63,823 bases of DNA from a virus (lineage: Duplodnaviria; Caudoviricetes), in IMG/VR virus record IMGVR_UViG_3300020034_000013, positions 1 to 63,823 of that record; one strand, written 5' to 3'. Both the position numbers and the translations under genes were made by a program. The stretch's first letter is position 1. Each line of letters starts with the position of its first letter. Below, piece after piece: positions 46,523 through 56,435 of this stretch. The notes beneath the pieces were generated by a model. The model ran no database searches. It was not told the origin of the DNA and saw nothing but the letters and a program-made list of their open reading frames with translations.

Positions 46523-49231
46523 AACTTCGCCTGATCGGAGGGCAGGTCGTTTCCTGCAGTCCAGTCTTCGAGAAACTTTATTCGAGCCTTCAATGAGGCT
46601 ATGTCCGCGAGATCTAGCGCAAACTCTTTGGCTAGAGCGGCCCATTCATCTCGATCTTTTGTGACAAGTTCGAGCTTCGCTTCCAGTTGTGCGATCTGAT
46701 ACCACAGCATTTCGTCGCTCATGCTTTTCTCCCAAACAGCATCGTCGAGATGTCTCGAGGAGAACCTGCGCGGCGATCCTCTACGGGCCTATATTCCGTG
46801 CATGTCGCCAGCAGCGTAGTTCGATCCCCCACTCTCACGGTGGATCCGTAGCCAATCCGATGCATGTCATCCAGGGCGTCGAGAATGTCCCGTCGCGCGC
46901 GCACAATACGGCCGGCAATATCGTAGACGTAATTCATGAGAAATCCGAGGACAGCAAGATGTCCAAGGTCCCATAAAAAGATTCATCGCCCAGTCTGGCC
47001 ATATTCCAAAGAAGATCCTCGTGGACACAAAGCAAGCTGTAGGAATCACCGGGCTGCACCCCCGCCTCCCCAAAGCCACGAGTATAGGACTTGAAGAGAT
47101 ATTTCCCCAACATCTTGTGATACTTCACGGTGGCATCGAACTCGGAACTGTCGATATATTTACGGATTTTCTTGAGGAGTTTTTTGCTTTTCTTTTCAGA
47201 CAGGAGTTTCATCGTCGTGCCTCTGAACAGTCATAGCATAAACTGCGGTTGTGGTTGAGTGCGTGATTACTGGGTGTTTTACAATGAGCGCAAACACCGG
47301 AGAGGTCCGGTGTCATCGATAGGGAAGGGGAGATCTCAGGAACAGTTACTGTGATACCAGGAGTCCCCTCGGGTGTTGCGAAGATTTCCACGACATCGAA
47401 GCCATTCATCGAGCCGGGGCGAGGTACGTCCTTCCACATTCTGCCACATAGATTACACGTAGTGATACCCTTATCGCGTGTTTTCATAGAATAGTGACAA
47501 GAACAGTAACTTCCGAGATATACGGTGGTCATCAGAGCACCTTCCTATTGATCAAGATTGTGGTTTTCTCCCTAACAGAGAGACAAGAGCGACGCCAGTA
47601 ACAATGCCAAACAGATACGTAAAAAGCACAGCGAGGGTCACGGTTTCTCCGGAGGTCGGACGAACTGGATTTCTACGGTGTAAGTATGTCCGGGGCTCAG
47701 TTTAAAATCATAAGCTTCCCACCGGGCCATGTCCACCCCCACGAACGCTATGCCTTCTGGCAGGGCCTCAAGTTCGTCGATGGCAGCCTGTAGGGCACAT
47801 CTAGGGTACTTACTTCCGATATTCTCTGCGCCGCAGCAGGGACATTTATCAGCAGCATACCCCGAGAATTTGACAACTCTCAACAGTTTCAGCAGCTCAT
47901 TCCTCTTCATCGTCATCCCTCTGCTTGGAGGGCATCCACACGGAGCAGAATTCTGCATCTTCTGGTAGTCGAACGTACCCACATCCTCGACAGAAACGCC
48001 AGCCTTCTCCCGCATCGAAGAACTCTTCATGGAAGATGATAGACTCGGTGATTTCCTTTTCTGTGCAGAGTTGCCAAGGGATCCTAAGTTCAGGGACAGA
48101 TGCGGCCCAGATGTGCACAAGATCTCCCTTTTCATAGTACAGCAGCCCAGCGCAAATCGCATCCTCGACCTCGAGCTGACGTCGTTGGCTTTCGGTGAGG
48201 CTCATCAATTATCCCAGCCCTGAGCGAAAGCGTAGTGGACGGACCAGGGCAGACCCTCGCGGAAGTCCACCTTTGCGGCCCGTGACCAAAAGCGACGTAC
48301 ATACCTCCGCCACTGCGATCGACTTCCTCCGTTTACACCTTTACATGTGCGTTTTTCGTTCTTATTTTGTTGACGTCGGTTCATACTTGCTCCGCGGGCA
48401 CAAAGTACTCTGGCGGTAGGTAGAAGTATGTCTCATCGATGCGTAGGATGGCTTCCGAACGAGAGTGGAGATTGGGGACGATCTCACTCCACGGCGCCAC
48501 CTCGAGAGAGGCGACCTGCCCGGTGCGGGGGCCGTGGGTGATGCGGACCGAAGAGCCTACAGGGAGAACATTCATCTCTTTCATGTTGCCCTCCATTCCC
48601 AGATGTGTGTATCCACGACAATCTCCATAGTGTGAATCTGCGATCCCCCTCTGTACAATATGGCAAGAGCTTGATCGAGGACTCGGGGGTCCGTGCAGAC
48701 AGCCCTCACTGAAAGCCCCGCTGTTGTATCCCAAAGGATGTGGGCACAATGGTTCTTGCAATTCATGTTGGCATGCATCTTCATGTTGCATTGTCCCATT
48801 CTGAAGGTTTGCTCGGAGGCTTGGGGGACGGTCGCGTTTTCATATCTCAGAACCTAACTCGGCCTCGTATCCTGTCAAGACCCCGCCAAGACATGCAGCA
48901 GGATCAAAAGCAGTGCGATCGCCACCAAGACAGCCCCGCTATCTTTAGCTTCGAGATTATCGAGGAATTCTTCGATGCGGGGATCTATCTTCTTCATGAA
49001 GAGAACCTAACCGAGCTTCCAGGTGTGTCAAGTACCAATCGTACCCTCCCCTAGAGCGTCTCGAAAACGTCTAGCCCAACGCACGAGTTCGATCCTAGCG
49101 CTCGGAGGGTACATATCCGTGAAGGGGTGCTGCCCAAAGCCCGAACCTCGGCTGAGTTCAGATGTCTCGACGTCGGTGCAGAAACTCTCCACAAGAGTTC
49201 TAAGAAGCAATAGGTCTTCTTGGTTGTTCAT
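46519..49231 (-). CDS. cluster of ~11 small coupled hypothetical ORFs, several Cys/Zn-finger-like (e.g. 46519-46722, 46719-46937, 46934-47212, 47209-47532, 47638-47910, 47897-48208, 48381-48584, 48875-48997, 49028-49231)
   Basis: Tiling ORFs with ATGA overlaps; promoters TTGACA-N16-TAGGTT at 48851-48878 and 49004-49031. Confidence 0.55.
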
Positions 49232-50142
49232 GTTTGCACAGCCGGATAGAAACGGGATGAGAATTCGGAGGCTCGCCCCCTGCGGTCTACCGTGAACGAT
49301 ATGATGCTTGCACCGACATCCCACGGTCGAGAAATCCGGTTCCCAAACGAGCCTTTCTTGACCTGGAAGCAGCCTCCGCTCGCGCAAAAAATGTCCTCCG
49401 CCTGCGCGTAGCAACTAGCCACGTGATGAAGATGTCCCGCCAGTATGAGATCCGTAGGATCTTGTAAATTCTCCGCGTGAGAGTTGAGCATGCGACGGAT
49501 TGCATTGGGTGTACTGGCCGCACCCATGGGGTGCCAAAGGTGCGTACGGGCTCCTTCGATCACAGCATTGCCACGGCACGTTCCCGCATGATGCCAATCT
49601 AGGCCGGCCTTGCGCATGCGGTCTTCAACGATCTTCCCGATGTCCAGGCCTATCGCATCCGATGAATAGTAGTCATGGTTCCCGGTGATGGCGGCGACTT
49701 TCCACGGGTTGCCTTTCATCGTGTCGACGAGTTCATCGATCTGCTCATCTGCTCCATGTAGTCGCTGTTCAGGCAGAAGGATGCTTTTGACGCCATCGGT
49801 ACCATCTCCGGTGAAAGCGATCGACCGGCACCCTTCCTTCCATGCAAAGGAAAGAAACTTCTTGAGGGCCTTGGGCGCGAATTGTCGGCTCCCCGCGTGC
49901 GTGTCCGTGACGTGTGCGATCTTGTGACGGCCGGGACTCGGTTTTCCGATGACAACGAGAGCGCCTACGCCGACTTCGAGCTTGGTGAAGACGTGCTGCC
50001 CTGTGACGTGGAGGTTGTAGCCTTCCTTCTTGCCGTTAGCGATGGTGGATCGAAGCTCTTTTTCGGAGCACTGGAGTTTGGCCGTGAGCCACGAGATCTC
50101 CCGGGGTTTCTTCGAGGTGTGATGAATGAGGTCATGCAACAT
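49228..50142 (-). CDS. calcineurin-like metallophosphoesterase with N-terminal HTH
   Basis: DTH, GDGTDG, GNHD, HP, GHLH motifs. Confidence 0.88.
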   Translation of the reverse strand: MLHDLIHHTSKKPREISWLTAKLQCSEKELRSTIANGKKEGYNLHVTGQHVFTKLEVGVGALVVIGKPSPGRHKIAHVTDTHAGSRQFAPKALKKFLSFAWKEGCRSIAFTGDGTDGVKSILLPEQRLHGADEQIDELVDTMKGNPWKVAAITGNHDYYSSDAIGLDIGKIVEDRMRKAGLDWHHAGTCRGNAVIEGARTHLWHPMGAASTPNAIRRMLNSHAENLQDPTDLILAGHLHHVASCYAQAEDIFCASGGCFQVKKGSFGNRISRPWDVGASIISFTVDRRGRASEFSSRFYPAVQT

Positions 50143-50686
50143 TGGACAACTCCATTACGATCTGCAGGGCTCTTTGATACGTGTGGACGCGCGTGTAGCA
50201 TGAAAATACCGCATCATCGGCATTCCACGGGCGGTCGAACAAGATGGCTCGACCCCGGGGATGGGCCGCGGCCCATGCTTTCACAGTGTGCAAGTTATCT
50301 TCGATGAGGATGTCTCCTCCGACAAGATGTTTCAGATGCGAAGGGCAATGGATCACGAAAGGAGACCACGGCTCAATCCACTCCTGTCGTTCGCTCGTCC
50401 AATACAGGGACGGCGTGGGGGCCGTGAGCGCGATGAAATCCGTCTCCTTCGCGAGCTCCCCTAAGAATTCATGAGCGCCCGAGTAAAGAGGAATCTGCTC
50501 GCAGAAACCCCGCTGCATCGAGAGCTCACGGAGGATATTCAGGCTCTCTGGATCGAGCACTTTTGAGAGATCCCAATCCGTGAACTCTTCGGGCGAGTAT
50601 AGGATGCCTCGCGTCTGCAGGAGGTTGCAAATATGTCCCACGTAGTCGGCGACGACCCCGTCTATATCGAGGAGCACGGTAATCAT
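50132..50686 (-). CDS. 5'(3')-deoxyribonucleotidase (HAD, NT5C-like)
   Basis: LLDIDGVVAD, LTAP, K..V.GDILIEDN, FDRPWN. Confidence 0.9.
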   Translation of the reverse strand: MITVLLDIDGVVADYVGHICNLLQTRGILYSPEEFTDWDLSKVLDPESLNILRELSMQRGFCEQIPLYSGAHEFLGELAKETDFIALTAPTPSLYWTSERQEWIEPWSPFVIHCPSHLKHLVGGDILIEDNLHTVKAWAAAHPRGRAILFDRPWNADDAVFSCYTRVHTYQRALQIVMELSNVA

Positions 50687-51063
50687 ACTGCCCCCGAAAC
50701 TTCCGCTGGCGCGATCGTGAGGATATTTAGATTGTTCGAGATAAAGTGCAAAATCCAGGGAGTAACGAGCCGGATAAGATCTTCCTCCCACTTGTCTTCG
50801 TATGGCTTCTTTATCCAACCTTCGATGTTAGGACCTACCCCCGATGCCTCCAAAAGATAATGGATGATCTCATGCAGGAGAGTGTCACGTTGGCGGTCAG
50901 CGGAGATATTGTCCCGCACCAAGATGCGGCCTTGTTCGATCTTCGCGATACCCTCCGGCACATTGCTGCCTGGTGAGGAGTCCGCTTCTTTCATTTCTTC
51001 CTCAGTGACAAGAAAGACGGAGATATTCTGTCCACAGATATCGAGATCTCGGAGATATCTCAT
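50683..51063 (-). CDS. HExxH zincin-like protein
   Basis: DTLLHEIIH...EE. Confidence 0.7.
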   Translation of the reverse strand: MRYLRDLDICGQNISVFLVTEEEMKEADSSPGSNVPEGIAKIEQGRILVRDNISADRQRDTLLHEIIHYLLEASGVGPNIEGWIKKPYEDKWEEDLIRLVTPWILHFISNNLNILTIAPAEVSGAV

Positions 51064-51521
51064 GTATCCTCTTCATCACGGCGAGCTTCTTCACGAGCGA
51101 CCGCATCCTCGAGGACATTAGCCAGGGTGCTGAGAACATGTCGCGCGTTGACATACGAAGCTGCCGCAAGTACTCCGAGGAGGCCCGTGAGAATGAAGTC
51201 ATCCCGGCCATGTGTCGCAACCCCGTGACCTAAGCAGAACATGCTGGCAAGGAGCGCCAACCAGAAGATCACACAGAGACGATCTCGGTGTTTGAGCGCC
51301 TCGTCATAGTCCCGAAGAACTTGCTCATCAGTTGGATGCATCAGAATCTCCTTTGGTCGACCTAGGGGCGGCATCCTTTGCATAGTACCGATCTCCCCGC
51401 CTAACGATAAGCCCTTCACGGATGGCTCGAGCCAGCGCGTTGTCGAAGGTCTCGTCGTTTTCGTTGTAGTCTACGTCGCCCATGTTGGACAATAGGTTGG
51501 TAACTGTAATCTTCATGATGT

Positions 51522-52034
51522 CTAAGATGCCTCGACCTTGATAGTGGATTGCACAATACCTACAGAACCTCGGGTTCCGTCCAGACCTTCAGTCTGGGCC
51601 AGGATAAATAGGACACAGCACGCCGCATGTGCGAGATGAGGGAGTCCGGATTCCTGATCGTTACGCTCACCCCCCCGCCATGCCTCGTAGTGGCGCAATA
51701 ACGCGTCTTCATACCGTTCCGTAGAGACACCCTGCCAATTATTGCTACCGTACTTCTGGGCCCCGAAGGTGAGCACCTTGGCCGCGAGTCTGAGAGCCTT
51801 CCACGGGAGGAGCGACATGCGGTCCTTGCCCTGATCGTCCTTGCGAGGGGCGGCGGGTAGGACGGGACCCTCGGCATGAGCCTCTTCTGGCCAGCGAGGT
51901 GGTGGGGGGATAGCATCGCGAGGAGGCTCCACCCAATTGGGGGCAGGGCCTACCCTATGATTTCGACATGCCGTATCCCCGGGGAGCGTGGGGCTGGAAC
52001 AGCCCCATTTGCTACATAGGCCTAGATCGCTCAC
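51522..52034 (-). CDS. dATP/dGTP diphosphohydrolase-domain protein (DUF5664-type)
   Basis: K.D.GK.R.SLLP, VLTFGA.KY..NNW, ALLRH, D.ESGLPHLAHAAC. Confidence 0.88.
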   Translation of the reverse strand: MSDLGLCSKWGCSSPTLPGDTACRNHRVGPAPNWVEPPRDAIPPPPRWPEEAHAEGPVLPAAPRKDDQGKDRMSLLPWKALRLAAKVLTFGAQKYGSNNWQGVSTERYEDALLRHYEAWRGGERNDQESGLPHLAHAACCVLFILAQTEGLDGTRGSVGIVQSTIKVEAS

Positions 52035-52249
52035 GCTACCCTCGTCACTTTCGAGTAGTTCCCTGCGACACGTAGGACATACATCTTCTGACCCACGGGC
52101 ACAGCGTAGTCCGCGCGGGGGACACGCAACGGCAACACATCCCCTACGAGTGTCTCGCCCAAGGACATGTTAGACCGACCGGACATGCCGTATAGATGTC
52201 GCTTCAGCAGATCGAGCAGTTCGAGGGGTACATCCAGCGTTTCATTCAT
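52031..52249 (-). CDS. hypothetical protein (leaderless)
   Basis: TTGACG-N17-TATCTT-N6-ATG at 52256-52284. Confidence 0.55.
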   Translation of the reverse strand: MNETLDVPLELLDLLKRHLYGMSGRSNMSLGETLVGDVLPLRVPRADYAVPVGQKMYVLRVAGNYSKVTRVA

Positions 52250-52298
52250 AGGATGAAGATAATGCACGGATTGCATCTCGTCAAGGCATGTAGGATGC

Positions 52299-52323
52299 AA
52301 AAAGCCCCTGGGTGACCGGGGCT
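52299..52323 (-). terminator. rho-independent terminator
   Basis: AGCCCCGG-TCAC-CCAGGGGCT-TTTT. Confidence 0.7.
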
Positions 52324-52540
52324 GGGGATACTTCTTAGGGGAACTTCTTTTCGGCCCTCTTGCGGGCTTCATAGGCATCGAGTAGTGACTCTACTCTATC
52401 GTCTACATGTACTACCTTGGCGTCATGGTCATCCTCAGCTATTGCAAGTCGGAACCGCCAGACCCAACTATCTCCCACTTCGTTGCGACCCCCCGGGCTG
52501 TAATGCGTGACGAACTCTTCGGCGAGTGAGCGAAGCGCGC

Positions 52541-52888
52541 TCATGACCCCTCCCATGTGGCGATCGCCTCGTCCAGGACCGCTAGGATTTCTGCATGAGT
52601 TCGATTCTCTTCATCATTGAAACTAGGAAGAGCGCCCCCGTAGTTTTCGTCTCCGTGGTAGTCGAGCGCCGGCGCGAATCGGCGATCCGTCGTGTCCGGG
52701 TACTGCTCCTCCAGGTAAAGCCCAAGCTGCTGGAACTCCAGAATAGTGCAAGCCCACCCTAATGCGCATGCGCGGGTGCCGCATTTCCCATCAGAAAAGC
52801 CCGCGTCAGCCCACCGTCTCATGTCGAACCGATCTTCCGGCACCGTGTCCAGGAAGTCCGCGAGGATGAGAAGTCGTTCTTTGTTCAC
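52541..52888 (-). CDS. hypothetical protein sharing its C-terminus with 57965-58357
   Basis: CGT.ACALGW; ends FND...TH.E.LAVLDEAI. Confidence 0.65.
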   Translation of the reverse strand: MNKERLLILADFLDTVPEDRFDMRRWADAGFSDGKCGTRACALGWACTILEFQQLGLYLEEQYPDTTDRRFAPALDYHGDENYGGALPSFNDEENRTHAEILAVLDEAIATWEGS

Positions 52889-52904
52889 GGTCCCATAATA
52901 ATCC

Positions 52905-53732
52905 TTACGATTCGAGTGTCAAGAGTCTCTCCTGGAATTCTTCAAAGGTCTCGATACTCCGGCCCGTCCTTGCGCACCACTCGGCAAGAGACTTGTTGCT
53001 TTTCGAGCTGTTGCAGGACTTACATGCAGGCGCGATATTGGAGCCGATGTCACCCGGGCACATAGGATCTGTAATCGCTACGACATGGTCCCGGGTTAGC
53101 CTCACGCCCGGCTGAGGTTCTATGCAGTAGGCGCAGAGATATCCATACGCCTCGCAGATAGCCGCGAAGTCGTATTTCTCCTTGTGCAGACCTGCAAGAA
53201 GGGCTCTTCGCGCGTGCGCATAATCTTTGCAGCGTGTCTTGTTGGCTCTTCGCCAGGCCGACTGCCGGGCTGCGATCTGCTCAGAGTTCTCCTTGCGGTA
53301 GGCCGCGATCTTTTCGGAGTTCTCCTTGCGGTAGACCGCATTCTGAGTTGCGATCTTCTCAGCGTTCTCCTTGCGGTAGGCCGCGATCTTTTCGGAGTTC
53401 TCCTTGCGGTAGACCGCATTCTGAGTTGCGATCTTCTCAGCGTTCTCCTTGCGGTAGGCCGACTGCCGGGCTGCGGTCTGCTCGGCGTTCTTCTTGTAAT
53501 AGGCCGACTGCCGGGCTGCGATCTTCTCAGCGTTCTCCTTGTAATAGGCCGCGATCTTTTCGGAGTTCTCCTTGCGGTAGACCGCATTCTGAGTTGCGAT
53601 CTTCTCAGCGTTCTCCTTGCGGTAGGCCGCGATCTTTTCGGAGTTCTCCTTGTAGTAGACCGCTTTGTAACACTTCCGACATAGACCTTTTGCGCAGTGC
53701 TTTGCGTCTACGCACCCGCACGTCAAGTCCAC
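52905..53732 (-). CDS. HNH endonuclease with tandem YRKEN(S/A)EKIAA repeats
   Basis: CAYC, DHVV, N.APACKSCNSSK; N-terminal AKGLCRKCY. Confidence 0.9.
   Translation of the reverse strand: MDLTCGCVDAKHCAKGLCRKCYKAVYYKENSEKIAAYRKENAEKIATQNAVYRKENSEKIAAYYKENAEKIAARQSAYYKKNAEQTAARQSAYRKENAEKIATQNAVYRKENSEKIAAYRKENAEKIATQNAVYRKENSEKIAAYRKENSEQIAARQSAWRRANKTRCKDYAHARRALLAGLHKEKYDFAAICEAYGYLCAYCIEPQPGVRLTRDHVVAITDPMCPGDIGSNIAPACKSCNSSKSNKSLAEWCARTGRSIETFEEFQERLLTLES
53259..53660 (-). repeat. coding tandem repeats of 33 and 45 bp units
   Basis: Ten near-identical units; a 78 bp composite recurs. Confidence 0.9.
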
Positions 53733-55705
53733 GGCACCAACCGCCCTTCAGAGTCATGTACCGGTTTGGCTCCTTTAGCCCATCTGTTCATCAGGAGGAC
53801 TTCGATGTCCTCGAAGGGGCAATCCGGCACAAACTCATTAGCGCCTTCCGCCATCAGCCGGCTGAGACGCATCGCTGCATCGTGAGCCCCGGGTCCCAGG
53901 CGTGTCTCCAGGATGAACTCGTCATGCACGATGTTGACGATGCGAGAGCCAAACAGAGGGCTCCTCTTGTCGACGTAGCACTCCTTGGAGATGCACCAAC
54001 CCGTCCGCTTCATGCAATCGGAGCCCGGAGCTTGGAACCAAGTATTGCACCAGCTCGTATAGTTGAGACCTCCGCGCCGCCTTTTCGATCGTGGGAGCAT
54101 CACGATACCCTCCCCGTCTTTGCACTCTTTGGCGGCCATATCGAACCATTTCTGCATCTCCGGGAACGTTTTCTTCCACACAGCTCGGAAATATTGGATG
54201 GTTTTGATGTCGAGTTCGATTCCGGCATTGCGGAGGTAGATCTTGAACTTCTTGTCCCCCATCCCTCCGGGCAAGCCGAAGTTGAAGACTTTGGCGATCT
54301 TCCGAGGCATCCAGCTTTTATCCTTCGCACACTCCAGGGCCTCTTCGTAGGTGATGCTCTCAAGTTGCGCGGCGAACGCCGTGTGGGGGTCGATGCCATC
54401 GTTGATCATCTCTCCCAGCTTTGACTCCCCGAACATGTCGAACGAACTCTGGGCGTGCGTGTGCAATTCGAGAGCAGGCCAGTCACCCTGGATGAAGCAC
54501 CACCCCTCGCGAGGGACGAAAGACTCTCGGATACTGAGCTCATCGTCGTCGGTCTCGATCGTCATGCTTCTCAGATTCTGTACATTCGGTTTACTCGACG
54601 TGTCTCGTCCAGTGGCGGCCAGATCGAATCTGCTTTGCACCGGCGTCACGGTGCCCGCGAGTAGCATCGGGATGTCTTTTTGCAGGATGTTCCCGTAGGA
54701 GGTCAGGAGGGCATAGTCCGCCATCGCGGGATCTTCCGAGGCCTCGCAGGCGTCGGCGTCGAGTACGACGTTGCCCTTTTCCGTAAGACGCACAGGTATG
54801 CCAGCTCTGTAGCACACGCTCTTCATGTGCGCAGCCGCTGCCTTGATATCTCGGGAGCCGTCAGGGCGTACGATGCCTGCCTGTATGAGCCGAGTTTGCA
54901 CCGTACCGTGTGCCTTGACAGTGGCTTGTCGGAGCTTCTCTACGCCTTCCGGTGATGTCCGGAGCCCCCATGCGGACATCAAGTGATGCCAGAACCCCGA
55001 ACGCGCTTGCTCGAACTGGTTCTCCAGAAAAGCTTTGTGGACTTCCTGCGTTTCATAGATCTCGAGCGTCACGACCGCATCTTCCACCGCGTAGTCGATA
55101 ACTCGTTGTGGGTCGGAGGCGATCATTCCTTTGAGGTTGGCGAGAGCGAACTTTTTTTCCTTGTTCTTTGGATCAAGTCGGACTCGTGTCTCGGCGCGAG
55201 CGAGATCGGCTTTGGACCTCTCTTGGAAGTCTCTGGCGTGCGCGACCCACCGGTCTAAGGGTACGTCCCGGAACTCGGCGTAGAACATGCGCCAATCGTC
55301 CTTCACCAGCGAGCGGGATGTGAACCTCTTGGCGAGATCGTAGAGGGAATACTTGGGTTTTACCCACTTGCCACCCTCCGGCCAACCTGCGAAGAGCCCT
55401 GCGGCGATGTCCAAAAGCTGCGCTCGGATCTTGGTGTCCGTTACACGGTCCGCATCGTAGGCCTCGAAGACAAGAGGAAGGAGATCGGGGTACTCTTCAC
55501 AGATGCAACCGAAATCGAACGCGATGTTCTGGCCAACGAAGGATATCCCCGGATCGAGGAGCCATGTCTTCATGACATCGCGGACACCCGTGTGGTGCAC
55601 GATGTTGCCAGGCTCTCCCAGGGATGCAAACGTCATGCAAGTCACGGGCGGAGCGAGGAGACCTGGTCGGATGATGGCTGTTTCGAGGTCGAAGGAGACA
55701 ATCAT
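53723..55705 (-). CDS. DNA polymerase family A with 3'-5' exonuclease
   Basis: Exo motifs FDLET, NIAFD, YAVED; TGR.SS.PN.QN; motif A GDWPALEL, motif B RKIAKVFNFG, motif C VHDE. Confidence 0.95.
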   Translation of the reverse strand: MIVSFDLETAIIRPGLLAPPVTCMTFASLGEPGNIVHHTGVRDVMKTWLLDPGISFVGQNIAFDFGCICEEYPDLLPLVFEAYDADRVTDTKIRAQLLDIAAGLFAGWPEGGKWVKPKYSLYDLAKRFTSRSLVKDDWRMFYAEFRDVPLDRWVAHARDFQERSKADLARAETRVRLDPKNKEKKFALANLKGMIASDPQRVIDYAVEDAVVTLEIYETQEVHKAFLENQFEQARSGFWHHLMSAWGLRTSPEGVEKLRQATVKAHGTVQTRLIQAGIVRPDGSRDIKAAAAHMKSVCYRAGIPVRLTEKGNVVLDADACEASEDPAMADYALLTSYGNILQKDIPMLLAGTVTPVQSRFDLAATGRDTSSKPNVQNLRSMTIETDDDELSIRESFVPREGWCFIQGDWPALELHTHAQSSFDMFGESKLGEMINDGIDPHTAFAAQLESITYEEALECAKDKSWMPRKIAKVFNFGLPGGMGDKKFKIYLRNAGIELDIKTIQYFRAVWKKTFPEMQKWFDMAAKECKDGEGIVMLPRSKRRRGGLNYTSWCNTWFQAPGSDCMKRTGWCISKECYVDKRSPLFGSRIVNIVHDEFILETRLGPGAHDAAMRLSRLMAEGANEFVPDCPFEDIEVLLMNRWAKGAKPVHDSEGRLVPWT

Positions 55706-55889
55706 AGGGGGTTCCTCCGAAGTTTCTGTGTTTAGCTTTTTAGGGCCTGTTGCAAAAAAAGATAAAGCGAGACGGCTTCTTCACGATTCAAGTGGGCCGC
55801 CATGCTGCCGTTGGCATCCTTCAGGAGGACATCCACTCGGCCATCGCCGAGGCTCTTCACGTCGAACTTCATACCATTGGTAGCTTGTT

Positions 55890-56375
55890 TCATGCTGCCT
55901 TCTGTTGCTCTTTGCGTTGGTCCATGTGCCGCTCCCTTTTCTTTGCCAGGATCCGTTCCTTGTGTTTTGCGTAGTAGGCCTTGTTGTCCGCTAAACGGGC
56001 CACTTTCTGCTCGGGAGTTCGCTCCCTTTTTCCTAGCCTCCGATCGTTGTTTCGCTTGAGGACCTTCTCTCGGTTGGCGTAGTAGTACTTGCGCCATGAT
56101 GCGCGAGCAAGCGCCTTCTGCTCTTTTGTTCGCTCCTCCCACCAATTCACGTGGAGAGCGCGGTACGTCACGGGATTCTTGGAGCGACATAGTCGAAGGT
56201 ATTCGCGGCAGTGTTCCCTGTGCTCCGATCTCCACTCTTTAGCCTGGAGCAACTTCTTCTGCCAGAGACGATAAAGAACAGCCTCCGTAGACCGGCCGGC
56301 TAGATGCCTTATCTCCGTGGAGGACCGTTCCGCAAATTCCTCTAGGACTCCTTGCTCGAGATCAATCCACGCCAT
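55890..56375 (-). CDS. basic helical protein with YY..N-type repeats
   Basis: Arg/Lys-rich; resembles HNH linker repeats but has no nuclease domain. Confidence 0.6.
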   Translation of the reverse strand: MAWIDLEQGVLEEFAERSSTEIRHLAGRSTEAVLYRLWQKKLLQAKEWRSEHREHCREYLRLCRSKNPVTYRALHVNWWEERTKEQKALARASWRKYYYANREKVLKRNNDRRLGKRERTPEQKVARLADNKAYYAKHKERILAKKRERHMDQRKEQQKAA

Positions 56376-56435
56376 CGTCCGGTCCCTCTATGTAGAGCAG
56401 GATAAGCACGAGAATGATGAAGTACAAGAGTCTTT

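Noticed and set aside
48205-48384. Possible structured RNA in an apparent gap
   Set aside because: A 59 aa - strand ORF (MNRRQQNK...GWDN) fills it and is coupled to both neighbours.
51522-52034. Z-genome (2-aminoadenine) pathway
   Set aside because: No PurZ-like gene was recognised; this domain alone is insufficient.
53259-53660. Possible CRISPR array
   Set aside because: Units are contiguous, in-frame multiples of 3 inside the HNH ORF, with no unique spacers.
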